IMG/VR virus record: IMGVR_UViG_3300045988_132576
Span: 62,908 to 126,907 of that record
DNA from: a virus
Strand: one strand, 5' to 3'
Length of the DNA stretch: 64,000 nucleotides
Positions 1 through 9,499 of this stretch are shown here, piece by piece (positions within the stretch are counted from its first letter, which is position 1; every line of letters begins with the position of its first letter). The notes beneath the pieces are model-generated. The model did not search any database and was not told the origin of the DNA. It saw only the letters and a list, made by a program, of their open reading frames with translations. The position numbers and the translations under genes are program-made.

Positions 1-495
1 GATAATGGAGAACCCTCTAATAAGTCTGACAAAGGCGACAAAGGCGAGAATGATGACGATGATAAAAAGAAAAAGAAAAATTATTCTCTTGAAGATGTCG
101 TTGAATATACTGAACTTAAAGCTCAGTATGATGAATTACAGACTAAATTCGCGGCTCTTGAAACTGAAAATAATAGCTTGAAAGAGCAAATTGCTCCACT
201 TGCTGAATTTAAAAATGCTGCTGAGAAGAAAGATAAAGAAGATATGATTGCTAAATTCTATATGCTTTCTGATGAAGATAAGGCTGATGTTGTTAAAAAT
301 ATTGATAAATATTCTCTTGATGATATTGAAGCTAAATTATCTGTTATTTGTGTTCGCAACAAGGTGAGTTTCGACCTTGACGAAAATAATAAGCCCAATG
401 GTGCTACTACTTTTAATTTGAACAATAATGGTTCAGAAGATGATGATATGCCCGCTTGGGTGAAGGCGGCTTTTGCTACCGCCAACAAAAATTAA
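1..495 (+). CDS. scaffolding protein, 5'-truncated at window edge (open from nt 1 in frame 1)
   Basis: Frame 1 is open from nt 1 (the track's TTG start at 178 is internal). The product is acidic and Lys-rich with coiled-coil character (…TELKAQYDELQTKFAALETENNSLKEQIA…). It sits immediately upstream of capsid-like genes. No in-frame TAG; TAA stop. Confidence 0.45.
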   Translation, partial: DNGEPSNKSDKGDKGENDDDDKKKKKNYSLEDVVEYTELKAQYDELQTKFAALETENNSLKEQIAPLAEFKNAAEKKDKEDMIAKFYMLSDEDKADVVKNIDKYSLDDIEAKLSVICVRNKVSFDLDENNKPNGATTFNLNNNGSEDDDMPAWVKAAFATANKN

Positions 496-512
496 TAAGG
501 AGGACATACTAA

Positions 513-1430
513 ATGTTTAAAGACTTTTTGAATAAGAATCTTCCTATTAAGTCTCAGGCAAAGTATGTTGAGTTTGGTTACGGTCAGGTCGAGCCTAATC
601 ACCTTTCCGCACAAAGAAATGCTCAAATCTATGCTCAACTTCCCGCCAATAAAGACATTGAGATTCTTGAAAACGGTCAGTTTGTAAAGTATGACTATGC
701 TGCTAATGGTAATGGTATCGGCGAAGTCAACTTTACTGGCGAAGGTGAATGGATGCTCGTTTATAACGAGATTAAGCTTTATCGTGATCATTCTGATGGC
801 AGTAAGCAGTGGGATTGCGAATTTGCTATGCTTAAGGATGACTATCAGGCTCGTGTTTATAGCCCTTATGATTGGGAGCATACCGAGGTTGAATATGGTG
901 GTCGTTTCTGGAACGGCGTTGATGATAAGGGTCAAACTTATAAATTGATCAATCAGACCGTTTCCGCTGATCAGGGTTTAAAGACTGTTACTATTGCTGG
1001 CCGTGTTTATGATGTTGATGAAACTGGCAAGTTTACTTATGATGGTAATGAATATACTCTTGATAGTAATCATCAGGTTGCTAATGTTCCTGTAAAGTAT
1101 TACTATGATAAACTTCTTACTGATGTTCCTGATATATATGAAGCAAATTGGACCAATGATCCATATCATAAGTTAGGTATCTATCATGAGAAGTTCATGG
1201 AATCTGGCACTTCTATGGTTCCTCGTGTATTTAAGACCATGATTGGTGATCTTTACACTACTAATATGATTAATGAAGAGACTCTTGCTGTTGGAGATAA
1301 ACTTTCTCCTTCTGCTGCTACAAAGGGTATTCTTAGCAAAACTGGTGACGATTCAATGATCTGGCAGGTTGTTAAAGTTTATACTATGCCTGATGGTCAA
1401 AAGGGCGTCAAGGTAATGCGTATTAAGTAA
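513..1430 (+). CDS. major capsid protein candidate (305 aa)
   Basis: Strong RBS (AAGGAGG) and position directly after the scaffold gene. The size fits a delta-domain-less HK97-fold coat protein. TAG-free, as expected for a very abundant protein. Confidence 0.4.
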   Translation: MFKDFLNKNLPIKSQAKYVEFGYGQVEPNHLSAQRNAQIYAQLPANKDIEILENGQFVKYDYAANGNGIGEVNFTGEGEWMLVYNEIKLYRDHSDGSKQWDCEFAMLKDDYQARVYSPYDWEHTEVEYGGRFWNGVDDKGQTYKLINQTVSADQGLKTVTIAGRVYDVDETGKFTYDGNEYTLDSNHQVANVPVKYYYDKLLTDVPDIYEANWTNDPYHKLGIYHEKFMESGTSMVPRVFKTMIGDLYTTNMINEETLAVGDKLSPSAATKGILSKTGDDSMIWQVVKVYTMPDGQKGVKVMRIK

Positions 1431-1447
1431 GAAAGGAGAAAAGGATA

Positions 1448-2554
1448 ATGTTAGATAAAAATAATTTAGTTGCTCTTATGAAGCAAGTTGCTAAGGCTGA
1501 TCCTTCTGCTCCTGTTGCTTATAGTTATGAGGGAAAAAATCTTAGTTATGAAGCCTTAAATGAAACTCTTCGTAATGAAATGAATGAGTTGGCTGGTACT
1601 TACGCTCTTTATCGTGAAAATAAGAATCTTATTTTCTCTATGATTGAGGAGACTCTTGATGAGGTTCTTCCTAAGAAAGTTATTCAGCAATATGATCAGT
1701 TTGCTGAGGTTAAGACTTTCGCTCAGGGTGATAAGCCTGTCTTCCGTCGTCCTCTTAATAATCGTGCTCGTGCTAAACAGTTTGTAACTCGCGTTGGTCT
1801 TGCTGGTATTTATGAAGTCTTCAAGCTCGGACCTAAAGAGAATGAAGCCTTCGAGGTACGTACTAGCGCTATCGGCGGAGCTGCTCAGATTGGCTTCGAA
1901 GAGTTCCTTGATGGTCGTGTTGATTTTGGTGAAGTAACCAAGATCATCATGGATGGTATGGATGAACTTATTTATAAAGAAGTTGCTGCTGCTCTTAGAT
2001 CTTCTATCAATCAACTTCCTCCTGCTAACCGCGTTGCGGCTGCCGGATTTGATGAAGCGGCTATGGATCGTTTGATTACTATTGCTTCTGCTTATGGTAC
2101 TCCTACTATTTATTGCACTTATGAGTTCGCTGTTAAGATGATTCCTCATGAGGCTTGGAGATATACTGAAGCTATGAAGAACGAGCTTTGGAATAATGGT
2201 CGTCTTGCTACTTACAAGGGCACTAAGGTTATTATTCTTGAGCAGGGCTTTGAAGATGAAACCAATACTCGTAAGGTTATTGATCCTGGTTATGCTTGGG
2301 TTATTCCTACGGGCGCTGATGGTAAGCCTGTAAAGATTGCTTTCGAAGGCGGCACTATTGTTGACGAGTTTAACAATTATGATCGTTCTCGTGAGATTCA
2401 GGTTTACAAGAAGGTTGGCGTAGTTTGTATGCTTGCTAATAACATCTGTGCCTATGTTGATACTTCACTTCTCGGTCAGATGTATACTTGGAATTATGAT
2501 GGAGTCACCGGTAAGGTTGTCACTTATGATGGCCGTCTTGATGGCAATGTCTAA
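1448..2554 (+). CDS. major head / capsid-associated structural protein candidate (368 aa)
   Basis: Strong RBS (AAGGAGAAAAGG). TAG-free. Followed by an intrinsic terminator. Which of the 513 and 1448 genes is the coat protein cannot be decided from sequence alone. Confidence 0.4.
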   Translation: MLDKNNLVALMKQVAKADPSAPVAYSYEGKNLSYEALNETLRNEMNELAGTYALYRENKNLIFSMIEETLDEVLPKKVIQQYDQFAEVKTFAQGDKPVFRRPLNNRARAKQFVTRVGLAGIYEVFKLGPKENEAFEVRTSAIGGAAQIGFEEFLDGRVDFGEVTKIIMDGMDELIYKEVAAALRSSINQLPPANRVAAAGFDEAAMDRLITIASAYGTPTIYCTYEFAVKMIPHEAWRYTEAMKNELWNNGRLATYKGTKVIILEQGFEDETNTRKVIDPGYAWVIPTGADGKPVKIAFEGGTIVDEFNNYDRSREIQVYKKVGVVCMLANNICAYVDTSLLGQMYTWNYDGVTGKVVTYDGRLDGNV

Positions 2555-2564
2555 TTTAATATAA

Positions 2565-2600
2565 ATTATTCCATGGGGAGAAGGGATTAAACTCCCTCTC
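2565..2600 (+). terminator. rho-independent terminator
   Basis: GC stem GGGGAGAAGGGA…CTCCCTCTCCCC followed by ATATTTTTGTTTT. Confidence 0.6.
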
Positions 2601-2640
2601 CCCATATTTTTGTTTTATGAGTAAAAGGAGAAATTGAATA

Positions 2641-3234
2641 ATGATTAATAATGAAGATATTTATAATGTAAAAAATAGAAGCACTAGCGTAGTTGTTTAT
2701 ACTATTCCTGATACTAATTTGCGTCGTGAATTTGCGCCCGGTGAAACTAAACGTATTCCATTTGGTGAGTTAGAGAAGTTAACTTATCAGGCAGGCGGCC
2801 GCGAATTGATTGCTAATTTTTTACAAATTTTAGAGCCAGAAGTAACTCATACTCTTAATGTTCATACTGAACCTGAATATAATATGTCAGAGCAACAAGT
2901 TGCTGATTTAATTCTTAATGGCTCATTAGATGCTTTCTTAGATGCTCTTGATTTTGCTCCTATTGGAATTATTGACTTAATCAAGAATTTATCTGTTAGC
3001 CTTCCTATTACTGATATTAATAAGCGTAGAGCTTTGAAGGAAAAAACTGGGTTTGATGTTGATAAAGCTATTGCTAATGATATCGCTAGTAAAGAAGAAG
3101 ATACTATTGTAGAGAAAGAACCAGCAGCTAAGCGCCGTGTAGTAAGAGAAGAACCTACTACTCAAGGTCGTCGCACAAGCGGTTCTGGATATAAAGTAAT
3201 TAATAAAACCGAGGAAACTTCCTCCAAGAAATAA
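2641..3234 (+). CDS. hypothetical head protein (197 aa), TAG-free
   Basis: Track ORF. Leader GAGTAAAAGGAG. Lys/Arg-rich C-terminus. Confidence 0.5.
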   Translation: MINNEDIYNVKNRSTSVVVYTIPDTNLRREFAPGETKRIPFGELEKLTYQAGGRELIANFLQILEPEVTHTLNVHTEPEYNMSEQQVADLILNGSLDAFLDALDFAPIGIIDLIKNLSVSLPITDINKRRALKEKTGFDVDKAIANDIASKEEDTIVEKEPAAKRRVVREEPTTQGRRTSGSGYKVINKTEETSSKK

Positions 3235-3253
3235 TTTATAGGAGGGCGATTAA

Positions 3254-3676
3254 GTGGGAACATTATTCTCAGCTGTTTATAATCGCTTTCTAAACAAGGT
3301 TACTGATGACATGTATCTGGAGTTGACTCCTGAAGATACTTTAAGAGATTTATAGAATCTTATAATAGATGCTATTCCTGGATTTGAATTTCCGCGAAAA
3401 AATCTTTTAGATTATAATTTAGATGTTGCTACTATTAATGAATCTGATGCTATGCCGGATGATTTTATTGTAGGAACGGTATGGGGAGAACTTCCAGAAC
3501 CGGGTGAAGAACCTCAAGTTTTAGTTGATAGATCTAGTTTTAATTGTGATCTAACTGAAGAAGAAATTAATATTTTAGCTATTTTAATGATGTGCGGTTG
3601 GACGCAAAGGCAAGTCACTTCAATTGAGAATACTCGAATGAAATATAGTGGCTCTGATTTTAAATTTACTTCTTAG
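3254..3676 (+). CDS. head-tail connector / head completion protein candidate (GTG start, one in-frame TAG)
   Basis: RBS AGGAGGG 7 nt before GTG. It is in the same frame as track ORF 3452..3676 and joined to it across one TAG. Position between head and tail genes. Confidence 0.4.
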
Positions 3677-3782
3677 GCAAATCATCTATCAAAGCTGTTA
3701 AGTTTGTTAAGTGAATGCCAAAGACAATCTCACCATATGTAGCGTTTATATAAACGCAGACGTCTAAATGACAAAGGTGAGT

Positions 3783-4124
3783 ATGAATCTAATTGGGATG
3801 TGTTTAAAAGTCGATATGATTACTAAATATAATTTTGATATTCCAATAGAGAGTATAAAGGTAAATTGTTTGCGCTTAACCAATCAATTATGGAAATTAA
3901 TTCCAATGCGCGAAAATAATGAAGATTGGCATAAATAGCTAGAAACTGTTATAAATGAAATTGTGGGGTTTAGTGTGATTTTTAACGCTGAACCCCTTTA
4001 TTTATAGTTATTAAATAAACTTGAGGGATTGTAGAATCGAGATACTGATTTTAATTTTTATCGTAAGACTGTATTTGAAACGATCAGTCTTTTATAGGAG
4101 ATAAATTATGGCGTCAGGGTTTGA
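3783..4124 (+). CDS. hypothetical small protein (recoded, 4 in-frame TAG); uncertain
   Basis: 113-codon frame open under TAG=sense, weak SD AAGGTGAG. A strong GC hairpin lies inside it, so it may instead be non-coding. Confidence 0.25.
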
Positions 4125-5172
4125 TTATAGTAGTAAGCAACCTTTTAGATTATAGCAAGGTCGCTTAGGAATTTATGATAAACCACCCTTTGAAGGTAGC
4201 CCTGTTGAAGGCGTTAATTATATGGCGGTTCGGCTCGGTCAAATGGGCGGAAACCGCCAACAAGAGCGTATGATTTTATCTAAGCGCAGAAGCTTGGATA
4301 GAGCAGTATGGAATTCATATCAAGCCGCAGAAATTATTAAATAGGATGCGGAATATAAAAAACCTATTAGGTGTTTAATTAATCCCAATAAATTAAAATA
4401 GGATTATGATGACAAGATTTTGTCTGTTGGAAATGAGTATTAGTTTAAACCGGGAGATATCTTTGAATGGTGCGGAACTAATACCTATTGGATTTGTTAT
4501 CTTTAGGATTTAACTGAATTGGCTTATTTTAGAGGAGATATTAGAAAATGCTCTTATAAAATAAATTGGGTAGATAATGGAGAGAAAAAATCTACTTATG
4601 CAGCAATCCGCGGTCCGGTAGAAACGAAAATTAATTATATTTAGAAACATGAAATTAGTGTAGATAATCCTAATTATTCATTAAATATTTTAATGCCAAA
4701 AAATAAAGATACTTTAAGTTATTTTAGGCGTTATACTAAATTTTATTTAGATGGTTAGGATGAGGGAGACAATTTAATTTGTTGGCGTGTTGAAGCTGTA
4801 GATTCAATAAGTATGCCAGGTATTTTAGAAGTTAATGCGACTGAATATTATATTAATGAGTAGGAAGATAATTTAGATAATAAGACTGTTGGTTCTTTAA
4901 TTGCGGAACCAATTGATCCAAATCCTACGACAACTGATATTATAGGGGAAACATTTATTTTCCCAAAGAAAACTTATACTTATTATTTTGATGGTGAAGT
5001 TGTTCTAGAATGGAAAATAAAGAATAATAAAAAGTTGCCAGTTTCTTTAAAAGTTATTAAAGAAGCAAAAAAGCCAACAGTTGAAATAAGTTGGACTTCT
5101 GGATATAGTGGATAGTTCGATTTATGTTATGGAGATTATAAGAAAACGATTGTAGTTCAATCATTGTTTTAA
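4108..5172 (+). CDS. hypothetical structural protein (354 aa, about 12 in-frame TAG)
   Basis: RBS AGGAG 8 nt before ATG. 355 codons with no TAA/TGA but many TAG. Invisible in the standard-code track. Confidence 0.55.
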
Positions 5173-5187
5173 GGAGTAAAAGGTGTT

Positions 5188-5769
5188 ATGAAAATTAATG
5201 GTGTAAATTTACCTAAATCAAGTTTTCTTTCTGTTGAAAAAGATTTAGAAATTATTGTAAGACATCTCTGTAAAAATGAGAGATTAAAGCGATTATTGTA
5301 TTATACAACAAAAGATGCTATTGATAAGCCAGATCTAAATGATGAACAAATGATTCAATTATTTAATAAAAATATTAAATTAATTCCTAAGCTTTATGTT
5401 GATGGAAGTGTATTAAATTATTTAATTATTAATTTTGATAATTTTACACAAAGTGGAAATCCTGAGTTTAGAGACAATATTATTGAATTCGATATTATTT
5501 GTCATTTTGATCAATGGCATTTAAAAGATTACCAATTGCGCCCTTATCGTATTGCCGCAGAAATTGATAGCATGATAGATAAAACGCATTTAACCGGTAT
5601 TGGTAAGTTAGAATTTCTTGGAGCAAATCAAATTATTTTAACTGATGAATATGCGGGTTTGTGTCTTATGTATCAGGCAGTTCATGGTGAAGAAGATAAA
5701 AAATCTATGCCAAATCCTAATGACGAGGAAAGATTTATAGAAGATTTTAAAAAAAGAACTGAAGAGTAA
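5188..5769 (+). CDS. hypothetical neck/tail-completion protein (193 aa), TAG-free
   Basis: Track ORF. Leader GGAGTAAAAGGTG. Confidence 0.55.
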   Translation: MKINGVNLPKSSFLSVEKDLEIIVRHLCKNERLKRLLYYTTKDAIDKPDLNDEQMIQLFNKNIKLIPKLYVDGSVLNYLIINFDNFTQSGNPEFRDNIIEFDIICHFDQWHLKDYQLRPYRIAAEIDSMIDKTHLTGIGKLEFLGANQIILTDEYAGLCLMYQAVHGEEDKKSMPNPNDEERFIEDFKKRTEE

Positions 5770-6494
5770 TGGATATCAGACTTGGATTAATGACAGGTAT
5801 TGATTTACCAATACCTGAATTAGAAGTCACTATTCATTAGCCATCTATAAAAGAAATTTCTTTTATAGGTGAAAAAGATCTTTTCTTGGGGATTTAGTGT
5901 TTATGTATTGATAAAAACATAATAGAGAATTCGGGCGAAAGTCTTTTAAGAGAAACAAATAATTTTTAGATATTTATGACAATGATGAAAGAAAAAGAGA
6001 TGGCCGATAAAAAACAAGCATCTATGTAGGTTCTTACATTATTGTTTCCAAAGCAAAATGTTTTATTTACCCCTAGGTCAATTGTTTTACAAGGTGACCC
6101 ACAAATAATGATTGACGAAAGCAATTTTAATATATTATAGGAATATATTAAAGAAATATTTTGTTTTAAATCTAATGCTTCGCAAGAAATGGGATTTAAT
6201 CCTGGAAGTGCGGCCGCGAAAAAGATAGCCGATAAATTAATGCGAGGTAGACAACGTGTCGCTGAATTAAACGGCACGGCTAATGCTAGTATATTTAGTT
6301 AGTATCTTTCAATGCTTACTATAGGTCTTGATTCAATGTCTTTACAGGATTTAATGGATTTAACAATGTTCCAACTCTATGACCTTGTTGAAAGATATCA
6401 ACTTTATATTAATTGGGATATTGATATCCGGTCTAGATTAGCAGGCGCAAAGCCTGATAATAAGCCGGATAACTGGATGAAAAATATCCATTAA
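5769..6494 (+). CDS. hypothetical tail-region protein (241 aa, 7 in-frame TAG)
   Basis: ATG overlaps the TAA of the previous gene (TAATG). It is in frame with track ORF 6312..6494 and ends at TAA. Confidence 0.55.
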
Positions 6495-6518
6495 ATTTTT
6501 TAAGGAGGAAAAAAACCT

Positions 6519-7502
6519 ATGAAATTTGGTGTACGCGAAATTTGCGATGTCGTTTTAAAGGCAAAGGCTAATCAAAAGATTGGTAATAAGCAATTTTATA
6601 AGAATGAGCCAGTTATTTATTTCGACACTTTAAAGACTTCCAGTATGGAAGGCGCTGCTACCACCGTATACGCACAAGGTGGTCGTGGTAATACTAACTT
6701 AGTCGCATGGGAAGGCGAGCGTACTGTTACCTTCACAATGGAAGATGCTCTTATTTCTCCTGAAGGTTTCATGATTCTTTCCGGTGCTGGTCTTGTTGAG
6801 GCTTCTGCTGATAATAAGATTAAGCAACATATTACTCAAACTGTTGATAAGACTAAAGACATTGTCCCTGCTAACGCTGGAAAAAACATTAAGACTGATG
6901 GACTAATCGTTCCTGTTTCTTATGCCCCTTATCTTGATAATGAGCATAAAGATGACGATTATGTTTATGTTTTCTTTATGAAAGATGGCGAAATTATTTC
7001 TGAGCCTTATCTGGCGCATGAAGGAGTTACTACGGGAGAGACTGGTTTTAGTATTACCGTAAAAGGATTTGATCGTGCTAGTGGAGTGGCTTATACCACT
7101 AACGATTTAGAGAATGATTATGCTAAATGCGACTCCGTAATGGTTGATTATTATACTGAGCGTGAATCTGGCGCTAAGCAGATTGAAATTACTGCTGATA
7201 AGTTCGGTGGTAACTACTATCTTGAAGCTTCTACCTTATTCCGCAATCAAGACGGCGTAGATATGCCTGCTGAATTTATTATTCCTAACTGCAAGATTCA
7301 ATCCAACTTTAACTTTACAATGGCTTCTTCTGGTGATCCTTCCACTTTCACTTTTACTATGGACGCATTCCCTGATTATACTCGTTTCGATCATAGTAAG
7401 AAAGTTTTGGCTGCTATTCAGATTATTGAAGAAGACGAAACTGTTGACAACGATATTCGTAGAAAGACCGCTGCTAATAGCACCATTGCTATTGGAGGCT
7501 AA
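6519..7502 (+). CDS. major tail (tube) protein candidate (327 aa), TAG-free
   Basis: Strong RBS AAGGAGGAAAAAA. TAG-free. Lies upstream of the chaperone-like genes and the tape measure. Confidence 0.45.
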   Translation: MKFGVREICDVVLKAKANQKIGNKQFYKNEPVIYFDTLKTSSMEGAATTVYAQGGRGNTNLVAWEGERTVTFTMEDALISPEGFMILSGAGLVEASADNKIKQHITQTVDKTKDIVPANAGKNIKTDGLIVPVSYAPYLDNEHKDDDYVYVFFMKDGEIISEPYLAHEGVTTGETGFSITVKGFDRASGVAYTTNDLENDYAKCDSVMVDYYTERESGAKQIEITADKFGGNYYLEASTLFRNQDGVDMPAEFIIPNCKIQSNFNFTMASSGDPSTFTFTMDAFPDYTRFDHSKKVLAAIQIIEEDETVDNDIRRKTAANSTIAIGG

Positions 7503-7507
7503 TTAAT

Positions 7508-7690
7508 ATGGTTGTAAAAGGTCCAGTAAAATATACTCCACCAAAACAGCCTAAAAAAGAATCTACTAAAAAGCAGCCAAAAGTAGAAAAGGCTGTAAAG
7601 AAAGAGCTTATCGAACCTATTGAGGAAGTAATTCTTCAAGAGGAAGATGAGGTAAGTAAGATTTTATCTGAATTAGATAAAAAAGATTAA
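7508..7690 (+). CDS. small Lys-rich protein (60 aa)
   Basis: Track ORF 6 nt after the tail-protein stop. Followed by a terminator. Confidence 0.35.
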   Translation: MVVKGPVKYTPPKQPKKESTKKQPKVEKAVKKELIEPIEEVILQEEDEVSKILSELDKKD

Positions 7691-7695
7691 TTAAT

Positions 7696-7730
7696 GGGAG
7701 AGAATAAAAATATTCTCTCCCATTTTTTTG
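7696..7730 (+). terminator. rho-independent terminator
   Basis: GGGAGAGAATA aaaa TATTCTCTCCC followed by a run of seven T. Confidence 0.7.
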
Positions 7731-7754
7731 TTATGCGGAAAAGGAGGATTAAAT

Positions 7755-8780
7755 TTGGTAATTAAAAATAATTATAGCGATAATAGTCAAGAAAGTTAGA
7801 AAATTGCCGAAGATTTTATTTATTGGACTGAAGATATGGTAAAAGAGTAGTTATAGTAGGAACATTTTAAAGAATTATATGAAAAAATAAGAAAATCATC
7901 AGAAATATTAATTAATCATTTTACTATTTTTGATAATATTTAGAAAAAGTATAATAGTAAAATAAATAAATCAATGACTATGACTTTAAATCTATTAGAG
8001 TAGAAAAAAATATTAATCTATTAGGAATTTTTTAATTTATAGAATTTAATTAATGAGTTTTTAAATCAAGAAATAAAAATTACTGCTGTCTATGTCGATC
8101 CAATTACAGGCCAAAGAGAAATTAGATTAATGGATAATGATATAAAAAATATTCAAGCAGTTAAAAAAACGTCTGTATAGGGTTATAATTATGCTAAATT
8201 AGAATATGATATGAATTAGCATTATGAAAATTTAAAAAATGCTTTGCCGGATGATGATAATAAAGGATTATAGAATACAGCAATGCAAGTAGAATTAAGA
8301 TATAATAAATATAAAAAGAGAATATTATGGTATAAAGATTCGTGGAAAGGATATACAATGTCTACTCGTGGTCCTATTAATGAAGCATTTGTATCTTTTT
8401 ATATAAATAATATTAAATTTAATTCAGATCTTGAAACAAATATTGATTATTTTATGTTAGATCCTACTATGGGTGCGATTAATGCTGATAATATGAATGG
8501 ATTTTTAATTGGAGATGTATCTGGAGGGAAAATCCAATATGCAGTTAAGGGTGAAGGCGGATCTCCATAGAAATATACTACTATAATAAAATGGTTAAAA
8601 ATTTTAAGAGATAAATAGTTTTCACCTCAAAGTTTTGCTGATTTCATAAATCGTTTCACTATTGAAGAAAAAGAAAAAAGAATTAGTTAGATAAGAGAAT
8701 TAAGTCAAAAAAGTATTGATGGATTAGTCCGCTATCATGGCGAAAAATTAACTGAAGAATTATTATTTAATAAAAAATAA
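7755..8780 (+). CDS. hypothetical tail-assembly-region protein (about 341 aa, TTG start, about 20 in-frame TAG)
   Basis: RBS AAAGGAGGA. Track ORF 8283..8570 is an internal fragment in the same frame. TAA stop. Confidence 0.45.
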
Positions 8781-8788
8781 TTGAATTT

Positions 8789-8818
8789 TGACTAAATAAA
8801 AAATTTTTTGTATAATAT
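8789..8818 (+). promoter_or_regulatory. sigma-A-like promoter (TTGACT – 17 nt – TATAAT with upstream TG)
   Basis: The motif is read directly from the sequence upstream of gene 8844. Confidence 0.35.
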
Positions 8819-8843
8819 AATAAAGAGTAAAAGGAGGCTAATT

Positions 8844-9377
8844 ATGGCTAAAATTTCATATAATAAATTAGGAATTACTAAGGATGAACTTAATAAAGTT
8901 CAAACTGTTGAATACAATGATTAGACTATTGAAGTAAAGCAATATCTTCCCATTGCGGAAAAGAGTGAATTGATTACTCGTGTATTGAATAACTCAGTGG
9001 ATGAAAATACTGGATATTATAATCTTTTAAAGTTAGATATGAATCTTGGTTTAGAGATTGTTTATGCTTATAGTAATATTTCATTTACTGAAAAACAAAA
9101 GGAAGATCCAATGAAGCTTTATGATATGCTTAATGCTTCTAAAGTGCTTAATCTTATTATTGGTCTTGTGCCAGATGGAGAATTTTATTATTTAAATAAA
9201 ACGACTCATGAAATGGCTAATAATATTGTGACATATCGCAATTCTGCTATGGGTATTATGGAAGCAATTTCCGCAGATTACAGTAATTTAGATTTGGATG
9301 CGACAGACATTCAAAAGAAGTTAAATGATCCAGATAATATGGCTTTATTGAAAGATGTGCTTACTAAATTGGGCTAA
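8844..9377 (+). CDS. tail assembly chaperone candidate (177 aa, one in-frame TAG)
   Basis: Leader AGAGTAAAAGGAGG. The track ORF 8970..9377 extends 5' across one TAG to the ATG at 8844. Sits immediately upstream of the tape measure. Confidence 0.45.
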
Positions 9378-9422
9378 TTAAATTAGTTAATAATATTATT
9401 TTTTGAAAAATAATAGAGTGAT

Positions 9423-9465
9423 GGGGATAAGAGTATAATTGCTCTTATCCCCGTTTTATTTTTAT
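9423..9465 (+). terminator. rho-independent terminator
   Basis: GGGGATAAGAG…CTCTTATCCCC followed by GTTTTATTTTT. Confidence 0.7.
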
Positions 9466-9499
9466 ATAAAGATAAAACTTGGAGAGAAAGGAGATTTCT

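Noticed and set aside
1556-2149. Opposite-strand or overlapping track ORFs (1556..2149−, 258..488−, 691..948+, 30814..31002−, 45937..46245+, 48121..48366+, 51730..52038+, 56104..56343+, 58388..58582+, 60510..60740+, 61031..61225+, 61707..61889+)
   Set aside because: They lie fully inside longer, better-supported genes on the other strand or frame (48121..48366 is antisense to ruvC). They have no RBS and are low complexity.
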